This document shows positions 59,410-64,000 of a stretch of DNA of 64,000 nt, piece after piece (position 1 is the stretch's first letter; each line of letters starts with the position of its first letter). The notes under the pieces are model-generated. The model worked only from the letters and a program-made list of their open reading frames with translations, was not told the DNA's origin and ran no database searches. The translations under genes and the position numbers were made by a program. The DNA comes from a virus, in the IMG/VR virus record IMGVR_UViG_3300031519_008107, positions 1 through 64,000 of that record, one strand, 5' to 3'.

Positions 59410-59779
59410 TATTAGTTTATTCACACAATATCTTGAAGAATCAAAACATATACTAAATATGGTTACTAATCAAACAATATTTCGACCACAAGAAATGTTC
59501 TGTGATAAAAATAGTATAATAAATCATAACACACCAATATTTCATAGTTATTTCATGATAGGCGAAAATAAGTTAATATTAACAGATGCTTCTGTTTATT
59601 CTGTAGCTGAGATATTTAACAGTAACCAATTTATCTGTATTGATAGCCTAGCAGAAAAACCGAAAGATTTAGCTAATGTGGATTTCTATGATATAGAACA
59701 GATAGATCCTGAGAAAATAAATGAAGGATTGTTGAAAATTTTACAACAAGAGAAGTATGATGAATATAGAATACAATAA
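59402..59779 (+). CDS. hypothetical protein
   Basis: TTG start after AAGGAG. Confidence 0.6.
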   Translation: MYNISLFTQYLEESKHILNMVTNQTIFRPQEMFCDKNSIINHNTPIFHSYFMIGENKLILTDASVYSVAEIFNSNQFICIDSLAEKPKDLANVDFYDIEQIDPEKINEGLLKILQQEKYDEYRIQ

Positions 59780-60557
59780 CCTAACAGACGAACAAAAGCG
59801 TAAATTAATTACAAAGCATTATACAAATGCAAAACAAAGCTTTCCAGAGATTGCTGAACAATATGGCACTTACCCTAATAAACTAAGGCGTGACGCTATT
59901 AAATTCGGAATTCGTACTAGAAATTTAAGCGAAGCTCAAAAAACAGCTATGTCATCAGGCAGGAATAAACACCCAACCAAAGATAAAAAACATACAGCAG
60001 AAACAAAAGCAAAAATGGGTTTATCTCATTATAAAAGTAGAAAATCTGAGAGTAAAGAAAAAAGAAAACAAAGGTCAGAGAATGGCAAAAAACAATGGAG
60101 ATCGATGTCTGATATTGAAAAGTCTAATTTACAACAATCAGCAAACCAAGCAATAAGAAATACCAGTAAAACAGGATCAAAATTAGAGAAATATTTACTA
60201 AGGAAATTAATAGAATCTGGATATAAACCAGAATTTCACAAAGAACAAATCTTATCAAATACAAAATTACAAATTGACATTTTTGTTACAGACGCTAATA
60301 CAGCAATAGAGGTCGATGGACCTTCTCACTTCAAAGCTGTATGGGGTAATGAATCATTACAACGAAATCAAAAGTATGATCAAAATAAAAACGGTCTGAT
60401 TATTGGTAAAGGCATGAGATTGATTCGCATAAAACAGCTAAACGATTACTCCGACACTAGAGCAAAACTAATTTTCGATAAACTTAATAATTTGTTGCAA
60501 GGTATTAAAAATAATACTGTAGCTGGTTCCCAGAAGATTTTATACATAGAGGATTAA
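59757..60557 (+). CDS. free-standing endonuclease (HTH + NUMOD3-like + DUF559/Vsr-like), paralog of 781..1578
   Basis: YPNKLRR, SEAQK, HPTKDKKHTAETK, SKLEK, IEVDG..H..VWG. Confidence 0.75.
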   Translation: MMNIEYNNLTDEQKRKLITKHYTNAKQSFPEIAEQYGTYPNKLRRDAIKFGIRTRNLSEAQKTAMSSGRNKHPTKDKKHTAETKAKMGLSHYKSRKSESKEKRKQRSENGKKQWRSMSDIEKSNLQQSANQAIRNTSKTGSKLEKYLLRKLIESGYKPEFHKEQILSNTKLQIDIFVTDANTAIEVDGPSHFKAVWGNESLQRNQKYDQNKNGLIIGKGMRLIRIKQLNDYSDTRAKLIFDKLNNLLQGIKNNTVAGSQKILYIED

Positions 60558-61232
60558 ATGAGTAAAGCTAAATTAAACATTAACGATATTGGTTGGACTG
60601 ATCATGTTTTAGGTCTTTTATCTGATGATGAAAAGATTAAAGGAAACCCTACCACTGATGGTCTAAGAAGAATTTTTGAAATTGCTCTAGACTGTACTGT
60701 AATTAATTCTAGTTCTGAAGTGGTTCAATCACCAAGTCCGGACAATGAAAAAAGAGCTACTGTAGTACACTGTCTAACCTATGTTTTAAATAGTAAGTCT
60801 ATAGCTGTAGAAATTAAAACTAGGTCTGTAAACGGAGCAGCGGACGTCTATTGGGGTAATTGTGATAAAATATATAGAAATCATCCTGTTGCTGTGGCTG
60901 AAACTAGAGCTGAGGGCAGAGCCTTACGAAGAGGGTTGAAATTAAGAAAAGTTGTGGCTGCAGAAGAGATTGCAGATCAAATTGAAGACAATCCAGATAT
61001 GGACTCCGTAACTAAGATTACTAATAATCAAGTCGGCTTTATGGATGTCTTATGTAAGAGACTTAATGTTAACCCTATTTCTTTAATAAGTCATTTAAAA
61101 TTTGAAGTTCAAGACTTTAGAAACTTGACCCATACAGATGCTGTGACTATTATAAGACAACTATCTTCTTTCCAACAAAATCTAGATAGTATTCCAGAAG
61201 AAGTCATGGGTTATACGGAGGACTGGCGATGA
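60558..61232 (+). CDS. Rad52/Erf-like single-strand annealing protein candidate
   Basis: DGLRR, AVAETRAEGRALR..L, AAEE. Confidence 0.5.
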   Translation: MSKAKLNINDIGWTDHVLGLLSDDEKIKGNPTTDGLRRIFEIALDCTVINSSSEVVQSPSPDNEKRATVVHCLTYVLNSKSIAVEIKTRSVNGAADVYWGNCDKIYRNHPVAVAETRAEGRALRRGLKLRKVVAAEEIADQIEDNPDMDSVTKITNNQVGFMDVLCKRLNVNPISLISHLKFEVQDFRNLTHTDAVTIIRQLSSFQQNLDSIPEEVMGYTEDWR

Positions 61233-61552
61233 TTGAAGGCGAAATTAAAGTTAATGATAAGTTGACTCTGAAAATTAGTGCGGAAGGACAGAAGGAATTA
61301 TTTAAAGACCTTTCTACTGTGCAAGAAATTTTTGGAGAAAACAATTGCGGTATGTGTGGCAGTACTGACATTAAGTACGTTGTTCGTACTGTTGATGGTA
61401 ACGATTATTTTGAACTAAGATGTAATAAATGTGGAGCTATCCTTTCCTTTGGTCAGCATAAAAAGGGTGGTACAATTTTCCCTAAGCGTAAAGACGCTGA
61501 CGGCAAATGGTTAGACGATAAAGGTTGGCACAAATATATTCCGAAAAAGTAA
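61229..61552 (+). CDS. zinc-ribbon protein
   Basis: CGMC...CNKCGA. Confidence 0.65.
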   Translation: MIEGEIKVNDKLTLKISAEGQKELFKDLSTVQEIFGENNCGMCGSTDIKYVVRTVDGNDYFELRCNKCGAILSFGQHKKGGTIFPKRKDADGKWLDDKGWHKYIPKK

Positions 61553-61555
61553 TTA

Positions 61556-62041
61556 TTATTTTTTCTTAATTTTATTTTCTATTGTTTTTGCTTGTTGTTT
61601 CCTAGAATTAGCAACAGCTTTTTTCACTAAAATTTTACCGGCTGTCTTTAAAAACGGCAGCCTTCTTTTTCTAGCTTCTTGTTGTAGCCATCCTACTACA
61701 GTATCTATGTTCTCTTCTACCCATTCATTTCCGTTTTCATCCATAGTATCAGCTCTTTTATTACAGCTACAATTAGCTTGAGAATGTATACCAAATTTTT
61801 TTAAAAGCTTTTTTAATTCAGTCCCGGGACCATCAGCTGGACTAGCAAGGGCAAATTGTCTGGGATCATCTTTTAATAGAATTATTATATCTTGTCTAAG
61901 TTCTTGCATTCTGTTAATTTCATCATGATTTATTTTTGAAGACATTACCCCTAGAACATTGCCTACTGGATTAAAATTAATCTCTATACCTTTTCCTTGC
62001 ATTTCTTTTAAAAAATAATATGCTTCATTATATTCTTTCAT
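61556..62041 (-). CDS. hypothetical phage protein
   Basis: GPGTELK.LL..GI....CSC..RA..MD..G..W....VGWL..EA..R.LPF domain; AAGGAG RBS. Confidence 0.75.
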   Translation of the reverse strand: MKEYNEAYYFLKEMQGKGIEINFNPVGNVLGVMSSKINHDEINRMQELRQDIIILLKDDPRQFALASPADGPGTELKKLLKKFGIHSQANCSCNKRADTMDENGNEWVEENIDTVVGWLQQEARKRRLPFLKTAGKILVKKAVANSRKQQAKTIENKIKKK

Positions 62042-62059
62042 AATTTATACTCCTTTGTA

Positions 62060-64000
62060 TTAATCTACATAATTACTCGGATCATCTATATAACCTTGTG
62101 GTGTTGGATTCCAACAGGTACCTCTACATGCTTTTCTGATAGGAAAACCTCCACCAACACCATCAGCAAGTGAATTGCTACCACCCACATTAGGAGGGAA
62201 TTTTCCGTCAAAAGTATCACGAGAACATACTCTACCAGAACCTACATCTCTATCACAGTCTTGGAAGGCTTGCGATCCGACAGGACATAAAACAGTATTC
62301 CAATCACAACCCGCCTGAGTGCTTATACCATTCTCATCACAGTAACCTCTAGCAAGACAGTTTTTGAAGTTTCTAACCATGCTGTCTGGCTGAAAAAACA
62401 ATCCCTCCCAATCCCAAGTTACAACTACGGATCCTCCGTCACCACTAAAAGCTAATGTAATAGGAGTTGTTTCACCGTTTTTTGGGCAGGGCAGCTCTAT
62501 GGGAGGGCTAGTAAAACTAGAAGTACAGCCACAACTGTTTAACCACTGTCTTTCCAGTGCATAATAGTCCGGCCACCACTCTTCTGCCGGGGTTCCAAAA
62601 GGATTGTCACCATCACCATAGGGTGAAGGTGGATTAAGAACAAATACGTCAGCTTGGTTGATGTTGGCATCATTACTGGGGTATACTTCATCAATAAGAG
62701 TTTCAGGGAAAGGGAATTCATCTAGATCTCTACCTGCAGTCATTCCAACATGAGCGTTATGACATTGAACCGAACAGGTTGCAGTAAGCTCAAAGTCACC
62801 CCCATATCCAGTAGATTTCTTACAGCCTCCTTCAATCACTACTAGGATTCCATTCCCACCCTCGTCGGTACTTCCCTCGCAACATCCACCTGCCGCACCT
62901 ATTTCGATAGTAAACGTAGGGCAAAGATCGCTTTTAGGAGCAGCACAACATGAATGCTTTCCTATCAGGGGCCCAATCTTGAATAGTGGTTCGTACAGGA
63001 AAAATCCTGCTATAGAATTTGGATCTATACTACCCGGACCTCCATCTAACGGAAACATTGCATTATTGGATTCATACCACTTGGGTCCAGTTATAGTATT
63101 AAGATTACAACCCATATCGGGCTTGGTTGCTGATACGTTTACAATGGCTGTTAGAGCAGTGTCATATGGATCAGCAAAACCTTGATTCATAAGATCTATT
63201 CCGAAGTTGTCATACACTATGCCTAGTTTTGTAAAACTAGTTTGCCCAACAGAATTTGAAAACATAGTACATCTACAATTTTCACAACAATAGTATGGAT
63301 CATCATCACTACATATATCGGTTTGTCTCAAGGTCCATCCAACAGGTAGGTCTTGATATGGCATCCCCATGCCTTGAGGTGTGCAAAACGGGCCGGGACT
63401 ATATTTATCATAATCACTAGGGATATCCCTAGCAGTTGGAAGATACTCACCAGTCTCAAGATCTACTCTCCACCCTAAAGTGTTTACGCTATCTGTTCTT
63501 ACAAAATTTCTTTCTCCTTGTAGAATACCACCATAACAAGGATTAACACCACCCTGAAAAACACCGTCAGGTACAATATCTTTCATCTTTGTGCTAATTA
63601 ATAAACCGTTTTTACCTAAAACTCTTGGTAAACCATCATCTAATCTCGTATTCGATAGCTGTCCCCCATTTTCCTGCGTGCTCTCATAACGATAACAAGT
63701 ATCTGAAGGCCCATGCTCCAGAGTAATCGTACCTTGCGGAACCTTAGAATCTTTAGGACTAAGTCCTGTAGGTCTGATTTTATTAATATGTACATTATTT
63801 AAGAAAAGATTAGCCGAAGGTGCTATAGTTGCAGCCTCCCCTCGACGAAGTTGCACAGCAGGTCTACATCTCCGTTGTAATCTCTCTTGTTCTGTTAAAT
63901 CTGGTGGGTCAACAATCACCTCCATATCCCCCTCAACAGTAACTAATAATTGAGCATAACCTGCAGGGGCTTTATAGTAACCTGTACAAGCATCATAATA
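62060..64000 (-). CDS. Cys/Gly/Pro-rich protein, 5' end outside window
   Basis: Frame stays open for 25 codons past ATG 63925 to the window edge; 29 Cys in the 621 listed residues; visibly higher GC. Confidence 0.8.
   Translation of the reverse strand, partial: YYDACTGYYKAPAGYAQLLVTVEGDMEVIVDPPDLTEQERLQRRCRPAVQLRRGEAATIAPSANLFLNNVHINKIRPTGLSPKDSKVPQGTITLEHGPSDTCYRYESTQENGGQLSNTRLDDGLPRVLGKNGLLISTKMKDIVPDGVFQGGVNPCYGGILQGERNFVRTDSVNTLGWRVDLETGEYLPTARDIPSDYDKYSPGPFCTPQGMGMPYQDLPVGWTLRQTDICSDDDPYYCCENCRCTMFSNSVGQTSFTKLGIVYDNFGIDLMNQGFADPYDTALTAIVNVSATKPDMGCNLNTITGPKWYESNNAMFPLDGGPGSIDPNSIAGFFLYEPLFKIGPLIGKHSCCAAPKSDLCPTFTIEIGAAGGCCEGSTDEGGNGILVVIEGGCKKSTGYGGDFELTATCSVQCHNAHVGMTAGRDLDEFPFPETLIDEVYPSNDANINQADVFVLNPPSPYGDGDNPFGTPAEEWWPDYYALERQWLNSCGCTSSFTSPPIELPCPKNGETTPITLAFSGDGGSVVVTWDWEGLFFQPDSMVRNFKNCLARGYCDENGISTQAGCDWNTVLCPVGSQAFQDCDRDVGSGRVCSRDTFDGKFPPNVGGSNSLADGVGGGFPIRKACRGTCWNPTPQGYIDDPSNYVD

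Noticed and set aside
1-64000. Alternative genetic code (stop codon reassignment)
   Set aside because: Genes are full length in the standard code, and TAA, TAG and TGA all end ORFs at coupled junctions
1-64000. tRNA, rRNA, IS elements, integrase, tandem repeats
   Set aside because: Intergenic gaps are short and none shows a cloverleaf, terminal inverted repeats or repeat units by eye; a tRNA/Rfam scan was not run

Overview
AT-rich (roughly 30-33% GC by eye), very gene-dense segment that reads as part of a large dsDNA bacteriophage genome rather than a cellular chromosome. It has tightly overlapping ORFs, almost all on the + strand, and no rRNA, tRNA or ribosomal-protein genes. The standard genetic code fits. 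Layout: (i) 1-13.6 kb: ruvB end, free-standing endonucleases, thyX, three proteases, macrodomain, nucleoside deoxyribosyltransferase-like, guaC, glycosyltransferases, a PAP2 fusion, a phage sigma factor and a degenerate DeoC; (ii) 13.7-18.7 kb: small putative virion and membrane proteins with a papain-like peptidase; (iii) 18.7-38.5 kb: a ~20 kb glycan island with a pseudaminic-acid-type pathway (PseB/C/H/I, NeuA/PseF, no PseG), a second NeuB, three Maf/GT29-like transferases, a CMP-Neu5Ac-hydroxylase-like MBL protein, GDP-mannose 3,5-epimerase, PhyH dioxygenase, radical SAM, sulfo- and pyruvyl-transferases; (iv) 38.5-61.6 kb: nucleotide and replication module (dCMP deaminase, class II RNR, PhoH, RecA, DnaB, DnaG, dNMP kinase, Cas4/RecB-like nuclease, an intein-free split DnaE with a DnaQ gene between the halves, SSB) followed by a second glycosyltransferase module; (v) a strand switch to a Cys-rich protein that runs off the window. 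Nearly every larger intergenic gap carries either a host sigma70-type promoter or a GTGTAT(W)n motif, suggesting a phage sigma cascade. A Planctomycetota host is a tentative inference from recalled gene families. All family calls come from motif recognition; no database search was run.
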